From Candidatus Helarchaeota archaeon (GTDB lineage Archaea > Asgardarchaeota > Lokiarchaeia > Helarchaeales > RDOG01), in NCBI GenBank assembly GCA_019058315.1, contig JAHPZH010000003.1:684451-748450 (forward strand): 64,000 nt of DNA, read 5' to 3'. The first letter of the stretch is position 1. Each line of letters begins with the position of its first letter. Below, piece after piece: positions 11,700-21,951 of the stretch. Under the pieces are notes generated by a model. That model worked only from the letters and a program-made list of their open reading frames with translations, made no database searches and had not been told where the DNA came from. Position numbers and translations under genes: made by a program.

Positions 11700-12011
11700 T
11701 TATAAACGGATTCCACCTTCTTTAATGGCATTTTCTAGCTCTTTATCCCTAAAGAAATCAACTTGTAAATTACATTTTTCACAGATTGTTAAAAACCCTG
11801 CTTTTCCCTCACCTTTATCCCAAGATTCATTAGAAGATTGAATTCCAAGCCAAAAAAGTTTTTCAGGAGTCTGTCCGCATTTTGGACAACTTTTTGCTTC
11901 ACTCAAATACATTTCTTTTGCAAATTTCATCGCAGTTGGAAATATAACCCAATCTATTTGGTCACGGTTTTTTTTAACTTCATCCCAGCTGAAAAATTTA
12001 CCTTCTTCCAT
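11700..12011 (-). CDS. Small Zn-ribbon protein
   Basis: CPKC ... CEKC. Confidence 0.65.
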   Translation of the reverse strand: MEEGKFFSWDEVKKNRDQIDWVIFPTAMKFAKEMYLSEAKSCPKCGQTPEKLFWLGIQSSNESWDKGEGKAGFLTICEKCNLQVDFFRDKELENAIKEGGIRL

Positions 12012-12057
12012 AAAAATAACCTAAAAAACAACTAAATTTTTTTAAAACACAGTTAAA

Positions 12058-12157
12058 TGGGGTTGCTGAGATTTGAACTCAGGATCACCTGCGCCCCAGG
12101 CAGGTATCATACCAATCTAGGGTTGAATTTTATTCAAACTAGCTAGACCACAACCCC
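12058..12157 (-). tRNA. tRNA-Pro(GGG) with 26-nt D-loop intron (12115-12140)
   Basis: Acceptor GGGGTTG/CAACCCC-A, anticodon arm CCTGC-CTGGGGC-GCAGG, T arm CTGAG-TTCAAAT-CTCAG; removing the intron gives a normal D arm GGTCTAGCTTGGTATGAT; CCA not encoded. Confidence 0.95.
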
Positions 12158-12190
12158 ACAATAGAGTGGGACCTTATGTTTTATTAATTC

Positions 12191-12277
12191 ATTAAGTTGG
12201 CGGCGATGTCTTGCAGACACATGCTCCATTCAGCTCCAATAACGGTTTCGCATCCTTTCATAGCTTTGCCGCTTAAT
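12191..12277 (-). promoter_or_regulatory. Candidate SECIS element in the selD 3' UTR
   Basis: GC-rich island immediately after the selD stop; closing stem ATTAAGCGGC/GCCGC-CAA-CTTAAT; contains AUGA and an inner AUGC-GAAA-CCGUU...AAUGG-A-GCAU hairpin. Confidence 0.55.
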
Positions 12278-12278
12278 T

Positions 12279-13325
12279 TTAAGTTTTTTGATACTCTATA
12301 ATTTCAATGTTTTCGTTAATATTAACCTTTCCAGTTCCACGTATTACTTTCCCAATGACATAAGGCTTAACTCCATTTTTCTTCAGAAGATTTATTAAAT
12401 TCTCTAGGTTATCTTTGCTTACAGAAATCAACATCCCACCAGCAGTTTCCGCTGCTTTACCTTCTAATAAAGGATATCCAAAGGTTTCTGCCATTTCTTT
12501 TGTCCCTTTAATAATTGGTAATTTTTCGATTATTATATCAACATTACTTTGCTTTGCCATCTCTTCAGCATGCCCTTTTATTCCAAACCCTGTGACATCA
12601 GTTGCTGCATTGACTGAAATTTCTTGCATGACCTTTGCAACGGGTTTATTTGAAGTTATCATTATATTAACAGCGATATCAATTGCTTTTTCCATTTTTT
12701 CTTGAGAAATCAATTCAAAAATTTCTTTCATAGGTTCGGGTTCTTTTATTAATCTATATGCAGCCATCGCCGGTTGAATTCCTAATGGTTTAGTTAATAA
12801 AAGAAAATCTCCGTCTTTAGCACCATTTAAATAAATAAGTTTATCTAGATCCGCGACAGCGATAGCACAACCACCAAGTAGAGGCCAAGGATTTTGAATT
12901 GATTGTCCTCCAACAATAAGACATCCTTCTTTCACACAAAATTCATGAAATCCTTTTAGCATTTCAGTTGCAATTATTTCAGGCATTTCTGGAGGATAAG
13001 CAATAAGCGAAACCATACTTAATGGATCCGGCCAGCCCATGGTATATATATCATTTAATACATTACATGCACAAATTTTACCTTGAATAACTGGATCGTC
13101 AATGATAGGGGTGAAAACATCAATTGTTTGAATGATTGCTAATTTTTCATTAATTTTTATAACTGCGGAATCGTCACCAATTCCTGCTAGAAGTCGTTCA
13201 TCTTTCACCATTGTTAAACCAGAATTTTTGAGTAATTTGGAAAGGTCATATTGAGGAATTTTACATGATCATCCATGAACTTGAACTGCTTTTGTTAAAC
13301 GGAATTCCTCAGTTACTGAATTCAC
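12279..13325 (-). CDS. selD: Selenide, water dikinase (selenophosphate synthetase), selenoprotein; UGA=Sec at 13269-13271
   Basis: Frame stays open upstream of the track ORF through one TGA: FRLTKAVQVHG-U-SCKIP (U-x-x-K catalytic motif); DDSAV, DVFTPIIDD, ATDVTGFG, ETAGG motifs; exact start uncertain (GTG 13325 or GTA 13316). Confidence 0.93.
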
Positions 13326-13409
13326 CTCCTTATAAAGAATTTTTTCTAAAGATTTGTTTTCTATTATTTTACAATTTAAATTATATATTTATTAATAAAT
13401 TTAATTTGT

Positions 13410-14546
13410 CTATTTTTGTTCTTTTATCTTTAAAATTGATTTAAGTTCCTCGTGTAGTGATTCTTTCAAAGCATCTTTACTCTTTATTTGGTCAAATTTT
13501 TCAGTACTTTTTAATTCAAGTGTTGTTTCTGGAGAAATTGATTGTATTGATTTTTTAAGAAATTCAATCCATTCAATTGTATTTTGATTGGCTTTTTCGA
13601 GCATTAAAAATCGGGATTCAATTGAAGAGGTCAAGTTAATTAATAGATTTAAAACTTGTTCTATTGAAGATCCCAATTCTTTTCCTTTTAATCCTGCTGA
13701 ACCTGTAATAATTAGATCACGAATACCTTTTATTACAGTTTTACTATCTCCCAAGCTGTTATAAATACTGTAAGGCGTTATTTCATATTCAAAATCTTTA
13801 AATTGAAATATTTCCTTGATTTCTTTTGATAGAAATTCAAATCTTTCTTTAATTTGTTCATCATCTTTGATATCGGGATCCATTTTATTTATTATAATTA
13901 GAAATCTAGGATTTTCTTTCAATAGCTCAACAATATTAGTAATCTCTTTCAGATAATCCAATGAATTCTCAAATTTCGAGGGATCTTGAATATCTATAAC
14001 AAACATTAAAAATACAATATTTAAAAAGTATCTATCTGCATTTTGTATATATTCTTTCCTATAAATCTCTTGTCCACCCATATCCACCATTACATATTTT
14101 AAACCTTTCTTATCATCGAATATTTTTTGATTTGGACCTAATGTTGGTGGTAATTGATCAAATATATCCAATTTTAATTTATCCTGGATAATTCGGAATA
14201 TTGCGGTCTTTCCAGCGTTATCCAATCCTACAATTGAAATTTTTTTAGATCCTAAAAACTCACCAATTTTACCTTCAGAAATCATCTTTGAAATAAACAT
14301 CCATACGTTTACATCATACGGATCAACACCTAACACTTTTAATGTTAGGAACTTGGAGTCATCTATTTCCATTCTTACGAAATCTTCAATTTTTCTTGCT
14401 TTTAATACATTATACATGGTAAAAGCTGCCTTACTACTGACTCCTTTAAAATAAGTCAAGTCTAATTTTAAAATATCTTTTAAATCCTTAATTTTTTCTG
14501 GGATATCTATAATATCTTTAAGTCTTTCACGAATTGATTCATTCAA
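13410..14546 (-). CDS. Arf-like small GTPase with N-terminal HhH-like domain and C-terminal coiled coil
   Basis: GLDNAGKT, PTLG, DMGGQ, NKMD. Confidence 0.9.
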   Translation of the reverse strand: MNESIRERLKDIIDIPEKIKDLKDILKLDLTYFKGVSSKAAFTMYNVLKARKIEDFVRMEIDDSKFLTLKVLGVDPYDVNVWMFISKMISEGKIGEFLGSKKISIVGLDNAGKTAIFRIIQDKLKLDIFDQLPPTLGPNQKIFDDKKGLKYVMVDMGGQEIYRKEYIQNADRYFLNIVFLMFVIDIQDPSKFENSLDYLKEITNIVELLKENPRFLIIINKMDPDIKDDEQIKERFEFLSKEIKEIFQFKDFEYEITPYSIYNSLGDSKTVIKGIRDLIITGSAGLKGKELGSSIEQVLNLLINLTSSIESRFLMLEKANQNTIEWIEFLKKSIQSISPETTLELKSTEKFDQIKSKDALKESLHEELKSILKIKEQK

Positions 14547-14577
14547 AAATACCTTCCTCCTTTAATTATTTTTTTGA

Positions 14578-15720
14578 TTATCCTATTTTTCTCATTTTTA
14601 ATAATTCCTTAAGTTCTGCTCGAAGAGATTGTTTTAAAGATTGAGTGTCTTGTAATTTTTTGAATCCTTTAGGGGCTTCTAATTTTGTAGGAAGTTCAGC
14701 TGGGATTTTAGGTTGAGGTGTTTTTGTATACGTACTCCATTCTCTAAAGTTTTGAATTGATTCTTCAATTTTTGAAAATCGTTCTTCCATCGTAGAACCA
14801 AAGGTGAGTACAATATTCATCATTCTTTCTAAGGATTCTATAACAAAATCTTTTAATTCTTGAAAACTTTCTGAATCAGTACTTAAAAAATCACGAATAT
14901 CTCTAACTACAGATTTATTATCCCCCAATGCATTAAAAATACTATAAGTTGTTATTTCATATTGGAAAGTTTTATCTTGTAGTATTTCATCTACCTTTTT
15001 TATTAAGTAGAGAACAGAACTTTGAATATCTTCTTGTTCCTTAATATCCGGATCTACTTTATGTATTATAACTAAAAATTCAGGATTTTCATTTAAAATT
15101 GACATAATTTTTATAATTTCTTCCAGATAGTGTAAAGCTTCCTCAAATTTATCTGGGTCTTGGACGTCAATAACAAAAATTAATAGACCAACTTTAAGAA
15201 AATACTTTTCAGCATGTTGGATATAGTCTTTTCTGTATGCTTGTTGACCACCCATATCTAAGATCATGTATTCAAAGCCAAGTTTTTCAATTACTTCTCT
15301 ATTAACACCTATTGTTGGTGCTAAACTACCAAATAAATCGATATTGACTTTATCTTGCAACACACGCAAAATAGCAGTTTTTCCAGCATTATCAAGACCC
15401 ACAAGAGATATTTTTCTCGGCCCAATATATTCTTCTATTTTACCTTTATTGAGGACTCTTGAAATAAAAACCCATACATTTAGGTCATAAGGATTAATTC
15501 CAAGAAATTTCAAATTCATGAATTCTTCTTCATTGATTTTTCTTTTTGCAAGGTCTTTTATTGTTTTAACATTTAGAACTTTTCGTAATACAGCAGCATC
15601 CTTAATACTGATTCCTTTGATGTGTGATAAATTAAGGTTTAAAATACGTTTAAGGGTTCTGACATTTTTTGGAATCTCAAGAAGATGTTCAAGCTTTTTG
15701 ACTATTGAATAACCCTTCAA
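14578..15720 (-). CDS. Arf-like small GTPase with N-terminal HhH-like domain and C-terminal coiled coil
   Basis: GLDNAGKT, PTIG, DMGGQ, HKVD. Confidence 0.9.
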   Translation of the reverse strand: MKGYSIVKKLEHLLEIPKNVRTLKRILNLNLSHIKGISIKDAAVLRKVLNVKTIKDLAKRKINEEEFMNLKFLGINPYDLNVWVFISRVLNKGKIEEYIGPRKISLVGLDNAGKTAILRVLQDKVNIDLFGSLAPTIGVNREVIEKLGFEYMILDMGGQQAYRKDYIQHAEKYFLKVGLLIFVIDVQDPDKFEEALHYLEEIIKIMSILNENPEFLVIIHKVDPDIKEQEDIQSSVLYLIKKVDEILQDKTFQYEITTYSIFNALGDNKSVVRDIRDFLSTDSESFQELKDFVIESLERMMNIVLTFGSTMEERFSKIEESIQNFREWSTYTKTPQPKIPAELPTKLEAPKGFKKLQDTQSLKQSLRAELKELLKMRKIG

Positions 15721-15846
15721 TTTATCACCAATATATTCATCTAATCTTTACATTTATATAATTCTATATAAAAATTTATTAGAATTTTAAAGACTATTTA
15801 TCATTAGGAACAAACAACTTCTCTTAGTATAATTTAAAAACCTATT

Positions 15847-17043
15847 TTATATAAGATCATCATCTCGGGTCTTTAATATTTCATTTTTTTTCGATTTTAA
15901 TACAGATTTTAGCTCCTTGCGGAGAGCTTCGTTTAAAGTCTTAAAAATTTTTACTTTATCGGTTTCTGGGGAAGGTTTTGTTTCTACGGTGGGTTTGGGG
16001 GTAAATTCGTGAGTTGTACTGAAATGTTCCATCCAATTTCTAAAGTCTTGCATACCCATTTCAAGATTTGATAACCTTTGTTCTACAGTTGAACTAAGAT
16101 TTATCACTATATTTAAAATTCGTTCCATTGAACTTTGTAAAATTACTTCTTCCTTGTGTTTATGCTCAACATCAGGAGATATTACCCCACTAGTTATAAA
16201 TTCACGAATTTCTTTTACTACTGCTTTATTATCTCCAATAAAATTAAATATACTAAAGGTCGTTATGTCAAAAACAAAATCTTTATCTTTAAATATTTCA
16301 ATAACTTTATCCCCTAAGTAATTAATCGAATCTTGAATTTCCTTAAAATCAGAAATGTCAGGATCCACTTTATGAATTACAATTAGAAATTCTGGTTCTT
16401 CTTTTAATAATTCTACAGTTTTAATGACATCTTGTAAATATTTTAATGATTCATCAAATCTTTTCGGATCTTGCACATCTATAACATACATTAAAAATTC
16501 AACTTTAAGAAAATAGCTTTCAGCGTTTTGAATATATTGTTTCCTATAGGCTTCTTGTCCTCCCATATCGAGTATTACATGTTGCATGCCATATCTTTCA
16601 ATTATCTCTCGATTTGCCCCCACCGTTGGTGCTAACTTGCTAAATATATTTACATTGAGTTTATTTTGTATAGCGTTCAATATTGCAGTTTTTCCTGCGT
16701 TATCAAGACCAACAATCAAGGTTTTTGAAGGACCTAAATACTTACTAATTTTTGCTTCAGATATCATTTTAGAGAAAAAAGACCAAATATTTAAATCGAA
16801 TTCGCTTATGCCTAATGATTTTAACATTAAATATTCTGAGTCATTTACCTCTCTTCTTGCCATCTCTTCGATAGTCATAACATGTAATACATTTTTTAAT
16901 GTTGTTGCTATTTTTACATCGATTCCTTTAACATGAATTAAATCTAGTTTTGAAATTTCATTTAGAGTTCCTACTCTTGCTGGAATATCAATAAAATTAC
17001 TTAGTTTTTCCCTCATTGATTTATCTAAAGGTATTAATTCCAA
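15847..17043 (-). CDS. Arf-like small GTPase with N-terminal HhH-like domain and C-terminal coiled coil
   Basis: GLDNAGKT, PTVG, DMGGQ, HKVD. Confidence 0.9.
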   Translation of the reverse strand: MELIPLDKSMREKLSNFIDIPARVGTLNEISKLDLIHVKGIDVKIATTLKNVLHVMTIEEMARREVNDSEYLMLKSLGISEFDLNIWSFFSKMISEAKISKYLGPSKTLIVGLDNAGKTAILNAIQNKLNVNIFSKLAPTVGANREIIERYGMQHVILDMGGQEAYRKQYIQNAESYFLKVEFLMYVIDVQDPKRFDESLKYLQDVIKTVELLKEEPEFLIVIHKVDPDISDFKEIQDSINYLGDKVIEIFKDKDFVFDITTFSIFNFIGDNKAVVKEIREFITSGVISPDVEHKHKEEVILQSSMERILNIVINLSSTVEQRLSNLEMGMQDFRNWMEHFSTTHEFTPKPTVETKPSPETDKVKIFKTLNEALRKELKSVLKSKKNEILKTRDDDLI

Positions 17044-17099
17044 AAAAATTTACCTCCAATATTATATAATAAGAATTTAAAAAAGGATTTTCTCTTTTT

Positions 17100-18230
17100 T
17101 TAGTCGGTTAATTTTTTCATTTTTAAAATGGATTTAAGTTCATCACGAAGAGCTTGGTTTATTGGGTAATGTTCTTTTATTTTTCCCGATTCTTTAACTT
17201 CTCTAGTAGGAGGCTTCGGTAGAGTTACAGCTTCACCTTTTCTAGTATATTCCATCCAGTGTCTAAAATTTTCCATTCTAGTTTCGATACTCGATAATCT
17301 TTGTTCTACCATTGAACTTAAGTTAATTACAATGTTCATAATGTGTTCTATTGATTCTTTTAACACAGAATCTTCTTTATGCTCATGCGCTTTTCCAGTA
17401 GTTATGAAAGTACGAATTTCTTTTACCATAGTTTTATTATCGCCAATAAGATTAAAGATACTGAAGGTTGTTATTTCAAAATCAAAATTTTTACTTTGTA
17501 ATATTTCATTATACTGATTTTTAAGAACTTGAATTGCATCTTGGGTTTCTTTTTTATCTCTAATATCTGGATCTACTTTATGAATTATCACTAGAATTTC
17601 TGGTTGTTCTTTTAATACTTCTAATAAATTAATAATTTCTAGAAAATAATTTTGGGCCTCTTGAAATCGATTTGGATCTTGAACGTCAATTACAAACATT
17701 ATGAACTCTACATTTAAAAAATAGCGCTCAGCATTTTGAATATATTGTTTTCTATAAGATTCTTGACCCCCCATATCAAGTACTATATGATCCATACCAT
17801 ATTTTTGGATTATCTCGCGACCCACACCTAATGTTGGGCTTAATTTTTCAAAGGTTTCTAGATCTAATTTATTTTGGATTGCTTGGAGTATGGCAGTTTT
17901 ACCTGCATTATCTAGTCCTATAATTAAAGTTTTAGAAGATCCGACTTCGAATTTTCCTTCAAAAATCATTTTACATAAAAATTTCCACAGATTTAAATCA
18001 TATTCGGGAATTCCTAACATTTTAAGCATTAAAAATTCTTCATCATTTATTTTTCTTAAAGCTAACTCTTCAATTGTTACAACATGTAAAACATTTTTTA
18101 AAGTCGTAGCAGTCTTTACATCAATACTCTTAAAATGAATTAAATCAAGTTGTGCAAGTTGTTTTAAAGTCGTAATTGATTCTGGAATGTCAATAACATT
18201 TTCAAGTTTGTTTTTTATAGATTCGTCCAT
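17100..18230 (-). CDS. Arf-like small GTPase with N-terminal HhH-like domain and C-terminal coiled coil
   Basis: GLDNAGKT, PTLG, DMGGQ, HKVD. Confidence 0.9.
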   Translation of the reverse strand: MDESIKNKLENVIDIPESITTLKQLAQLDLIHFKSIDVKTATTLKNVLHVVTIEELALRKINDEEFLMLKMLGIPEYDLNLWKFLCKMIFEGKFEVGSSKTLIIGLDNAGKTAILQAIQNKLDLETFEKLSPTLGVGREIIQKYGMDHIVLDMGGQESYRKQYIQNAERYFLNVEFIMFVIDVQDPNRFQEAQNYFLEIINLLEVLKEQPEILVIIHKVDPDIRDKKETQDAIQVLKNQYNEILQSKNFDFEITTFSIFNLIGDNKTMVKEIRTFITTGKAHEHKEDSVLKESIEHIMNIVINLSSMVEQRLSSIETRMENFRHWMEYTRKGEAVTLPKPPTREVKESGKIKEHYPINQALRDELKSILKMKKLTD

Positions 18231-18257
18231 AAATACAGCCTCAAATATTAAAATCCA

Positions 18258-19247
18258 TTATAAATGCTTGTGATTATTATTCTTTTTATTATTGTTATTT
18301 TCTTTCATAAATTTTAATACATTTTCCATAGAAGTCATTCCAGTTCTTGCTCCTACTTTAAGGCAATTTAAAGCCCCAGCAGCATTAGCAAAATTGGCGA
18401 TTTTATCTAAGTCCCAATCCTTTAAATAACCTACGGAAAATGCAGCATTAAATGCATCACCAGCACCAGTTGTATCAATGGGTTTTATATTATATGCAGG
18501 ATAAGTTTTTTGTTCGATTTTATCACCGTTTCTTGTAGAAATAACACAACCATCGCTTCCTAAAGTGACTGCAATAATTTTTATATTAGGTTTTTTTCCT
18601 AGCAAAATCTTTGCGGCAACTGTTGGGTCGTGCTTCCCAGTCAGTTCCATTATTCCCAGTCTTTGGGGAATTAGTATATCGACAAGATCCAAAAATTTTT
18701 CAATCTCATCATAACCGTATTGGACTGCAACTTGTTTTTCTAAATCAAATGAAATAATTATATCAGGATTATCCTTTTTTGAGGCTTTTATTATATATTC
18801 TGAAACATCCTTATGAATGGCTGTAGTATGAATTAATTTTGCACCCTTTATAAGTCTTAAATCAATATCTTCTGGAACCTTGAGCCTTGTTTTAATCATG
18901 TAAGGACTTTGAATAATTACCCGTTCTCCACTTCCTGTAACCATAATAAAATTTACTGCTGAACTGGAATCGTCTTTAATTTGTAATAAAGAAGTGTCAA
19001 CTCTTTCCTTTTCAAAATCCTGTAAAAGGGTTTCCCCAGCTGAATCATTTCCAATTGCACCCACAAAACCTGCTGGGATGCCTAATCGTGCAACGCCTGT
19101 AATATAATTACCTGTTACGCCACCAGGAAGATATACATAGCTTTCTGCATCAACTTTTTCATCGGGTTCTGGGAAATGTTTAATTTTTGCTATCATATCT
19201 AGGGCGCAAGCACCGACACCTAAAATTTCAGCCATTTTTAAGCCCAA
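18258..19247 (-). CDS. PfkB/ribokinase family carbohydrate kinase
   Basis: PGGVTGN, GAIGNDSAG, VTLGSDG, DTTGAGDAF. Confidence 0.92.
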   Translation of the reverse strand: MGLKMAEILGVGACALDMIAKIKHFPEPDEKVDAESYVYLPGGVTGNYITGVARLGIPAGFVGAIGNDSAGETLLQDFEKERVDTSLLQIKDDSSSAVNFIMVTGSGERVIIQSPYMIKTRLKVPEDIDLRLIKGAKLIHTTAIHKDVSEYIIKASKKDNPDIIISFDLEKQVAVQYGYDEIEKFLDLVDILIPQRLGIMELTGKHDPTVAAKILLGKKPNIKIIAVTLGSDGCVISTRNGDKIEQKTYPAYNIKPIDTTGAGDAFNAAFSVGYLKDWDLDKIANFANAAGALNCLKVGARTGMTSMENVLKFMKENNNNKKNNNHKHL

Positions 19248-19344
19248 TTTTATTATTTTTTAAATGTGTTTTTTGATAATTTTTAATTTATAATGGATTT
19301 TAAAAATATTCCTTCACATATAATTTCAAAAAAATTACAGTTAT

Positions 19345-19896
19345 TTATTCCACAGATGCATGTCTTGCATGGATGTAATCCTCGTCAATCTTTAATTCAT
19401 CCATTATAACTCTTGCTAGTGAATCAAATAGCGCAAATGCAGCAGTATCAAAAAGACTCGTATAGGGAGCTAGACTTTTAGTTTTTTCAACTTTTGTTTT
19501 ACTTTTCAAATCTATGATTATATCAGCTAATTTCCCTATTGTACATTCAGGATTTGAGGTAATTAAAACGAGTTTACCTCCAATTTCTCTAACTTTTTTT
19601 GCGAATGCAACAGTACTAATTGTTTCACCAGATCCTGATATCGCTATTAAAATATCTTTATCCGTAAAGCGGTGTGTAATGGTATCACCAATAAAACAAG
19701 ATTTTACTCCCAAATGCATGAGGCGATGTGCAAATGTTCGTCCCACAAGTCCCGATCTGCCAGCTCCATAAACAAACGTCATTCGACAATAATGAATTAA
19801 GTTAGTTATTCCTTTAATATCATGTTCATCAATTATTTCTGTTAATTTTTTAATATTATCCGCTATTTCAAGTATTGTATCATGAAAATTACCCAT
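19345..19896 (-). CDS. hxlB: SIS-domain 6-phospho-3-hexuloisomerase
   Basis: YGAGRSGLVG, ISGSGET, C-terminal RHASVE. Confidence 0.85.
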   Translation of the reverse strand: MGNFHDTILEIADNIKKLTEIIDEHDIKGITNLIHYCRMTFVYGAGRSGLVGRTFAHRLMHLGVKSCFIGDTITHRFTDKDILIAISGSGETISTVAFAKKVREIGGKLVLITSNPECTIGKLADIIIDLKSKTKVEKTKSLAPYTSLFDTAAFALFDSLARVIMDELKIDEDYIHARHASVE

Positions 19897-20006
19897 AAAA
19901 GCTCACTCACTTAGTAATTCTATTCTTTAAATAGGATTATTGTATAGATTATTAAAAATATAGTAATTAAAATTAGAATAAAAATGATTTCAAAGAGATT
20001 TTAATA

Positions 20007-20762
20007 ATGGAAAAAAATAAGTATCCAATTACAATTGAGGGTGAAACAGCCCAAATTAGGACTGCAGCAGAACTTGTAGTCGCGTTAGATGTCCTCCAAG
20101 GAAATCATGACCGTATGGTATTGCAGCAATTACATCAAAAAATAGTGGACATCATCAAGAGTCCTCAGGATTTATATATGATTTTAAAAGTTTTATCCGC
20201 AGATGACCAGATCTTTCTAATAGAAGCTCTGGGTGTAAATTTAGTTAAAGTAGTAAAAAGAGCCAGTGCTTTACGAGATATATTTGCTATGTTATCGGAA
20301 GGTAAAGTAGAAGAACAAATTTTAAAAGTTCTAGGTCCCAGTGGTCTACGTAGTTTGGTTCATTCAGCACGTGAATTATCTGAGATCCTCGAATGGGTAT
20401 ATGATATATGTGATAAATATGTCCTCGAATTGCTTGGTCCAGATTATTTGAGACGTATCTTTCAAAGTGGTGAAGAACTTAGCCTCGTTTTACATTCAAT
20501 CGATCATGATTGTCAAAATGGGCTAATTGAAATCATTGGTTGGGAACAGGTTGTATCTTTAGTTAGAAATAGACGTGATTTAGCACATCTACTAAGAGCA
20601 TTACCAAGTGAACTTAGTAAAAAATTGTTGAATTTTTTTACAAAAGAACAATTATGGGAGATAATTATCGATGATCACGGTTGGAAATATCTCTATAAAT
20701 ATCTTGAATCTGATGAGGCTAATTATCTAAGTGAGTTATTGGAGGTAGAAAAACATGCCTAA
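20007..20762 (+). CDS. Helical-repeat protein (about seven ~32-aa repeats)
   Basis: Recurring 'ii.s..eL..il..L' unit; overlaps the next gene. Confidence 0.7.
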   Translation: MEKNKYPITIEGETAQIRTAAELVVALDVLQGNHDRMVLQQLHQKIVDIIKSPQDLYMILKVLSADDQIFLIEALGVNLVKVVKRASALRDIFAMLSEGKVEEQILKVLGPSGLRSLVHSARELSEILEWVYDICDKYVLELLGPDYLRRIFQSGEELSLVLHSIDHDCQNGLIEIIGWEQVVSLVRNRRDLAHLLRALPSELSKKLLNFFTKEQLWEIIIDDHGWKYLYKYLESDEANYLSELLEVEKHA

Positions 20763-21810
20763 TGAAGCAATTCCAACTTGGACCAGAGATCCAACCAAAC
20801 CTGGATCTTTAACTCCTTTACGGGGAAGCAAATACGAAATGATTGATTCACATCTTCATGTAGTGAATTTTATTCAAGAAACCCCAGGCGGAAACGCTCT
20901 TATTAAAGCCATGGATAAAGCAAATGTAGGCAAGGCTGTTATTTTTGGACTGCCTGTTGCAAAAATATGGGCAGGACAAGACAGAGAGCCACCGGATTAT
21001 TATTTGGCAAATGATTCCCGTTGCTATTATTATAGTTACTCAGATGTAATTGTAGCAGAAATGGTTCGTGCTTTACCAAATAAACAACAAGAGCGTCTTT
21101 ATCCCTTAATATGTGGTTTCAATCCGACCGATAAATATGCATTTAGGCATATAGAGAGATTATACAATCAATACCCTGATGTATGGAGTGGTATCGGTGA
21201 AATACTGTTACGTCATGATGATCTCACAGCACTTACATATGGAGATGCCGCACGTGCTAACCATCGTGCACTTTGGCCAGTATATCAGTTCGCAGCAGAC
21301 CATGATTTACCAGTATTAATGCATCAAAATATAACTTCTGTTAGTAAAAGCGACCATCCGGTATATTTATATGAACTCGAGGAAGCACTTCGTGATTTCC
21401 CTAGGACTCGTTTTGTCTTGGCTCATTGTGGAATATCAAGACGAGTTAATGTTCCATTCTACCATGAAATGATTAAACGATTACTTGATCAATATCCTTT
21501 ATTGGTGGTGGATTACTCATGGATTATCTTTGATGTAGTCATCTGCCCTAATGGAAAGCCTCAAAAAGAATGGATAGAACTTACAGAAGAATATAGCGAA
21601 AGGATTTGTCTCGGATCAGATATGGTGACTAAATTTGAGCGCATAGGTCCAGAATTGCAACGTTATGATGTATTTCTTGATCAGCTTAGTGAGACAGCTC
21701 GTGCCAACATTTGTTGGCATACTCCAGAAAGAGTTTATAGCCGAAATAAAGGCAAAGTGAAACTAACTGAAACATCTCTTGACTATTATGCATCTATAAC
21801 TGGTTATTAA
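20755..21810 (+). CDS. Amidohydrolase family protein
   Basis: IDSHLH, GIGE, VLMH, LAHCG, LGSD. Confidence 0.88.
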   Translation: MPNEAIPTWTRDPTKPGSLTPLRGSKYEMIDSHLHVVNFIQETPGGNALIKAMDKANVGKAVIFGLPVAKIWAGQDREPPDYYLANDSRCYYYSYSDVIVAEMVRALPNKQQERLYPLICGFNPTDKYAFRHIERLYNQYPDVWSGIGEILLRHDDLTALTYGDAARANHRALWPVYQFAADHDLPVLMHQNITSVSKSDHPVYLYELEEALRDFPRTRFVLAHCGISRRVNVPFYHEMIKRLLDQYPLLVVDYSWIIFDVVICPNGKPQKEWIELTEEYSERICLGSDMVTKFERIGPELQRYDVFLDQLSETARANICWHTPERVYSRNKGKVKLTETSLDYYASITGY

Positions 21811-21951
21811 TCAGCGATTATCATGAGAACACTTAATAAAAAAATTATTATTAAACAAAATACTGAAAAACCATATCAATATCCTTTTTTTTATATTTTC
21901 GGATATAATATACTATATCAAGTTCTTTAATCGATTAATTTTGGAATGTAA

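Noticed and set aside
12184-12261. 25-aa minus-strand ORF MKGCETVIGAEWSMCLQDIAANLMN after selD
   Set aside because: No SD; coincides with the base-paired element, which is better explained as RNA structure
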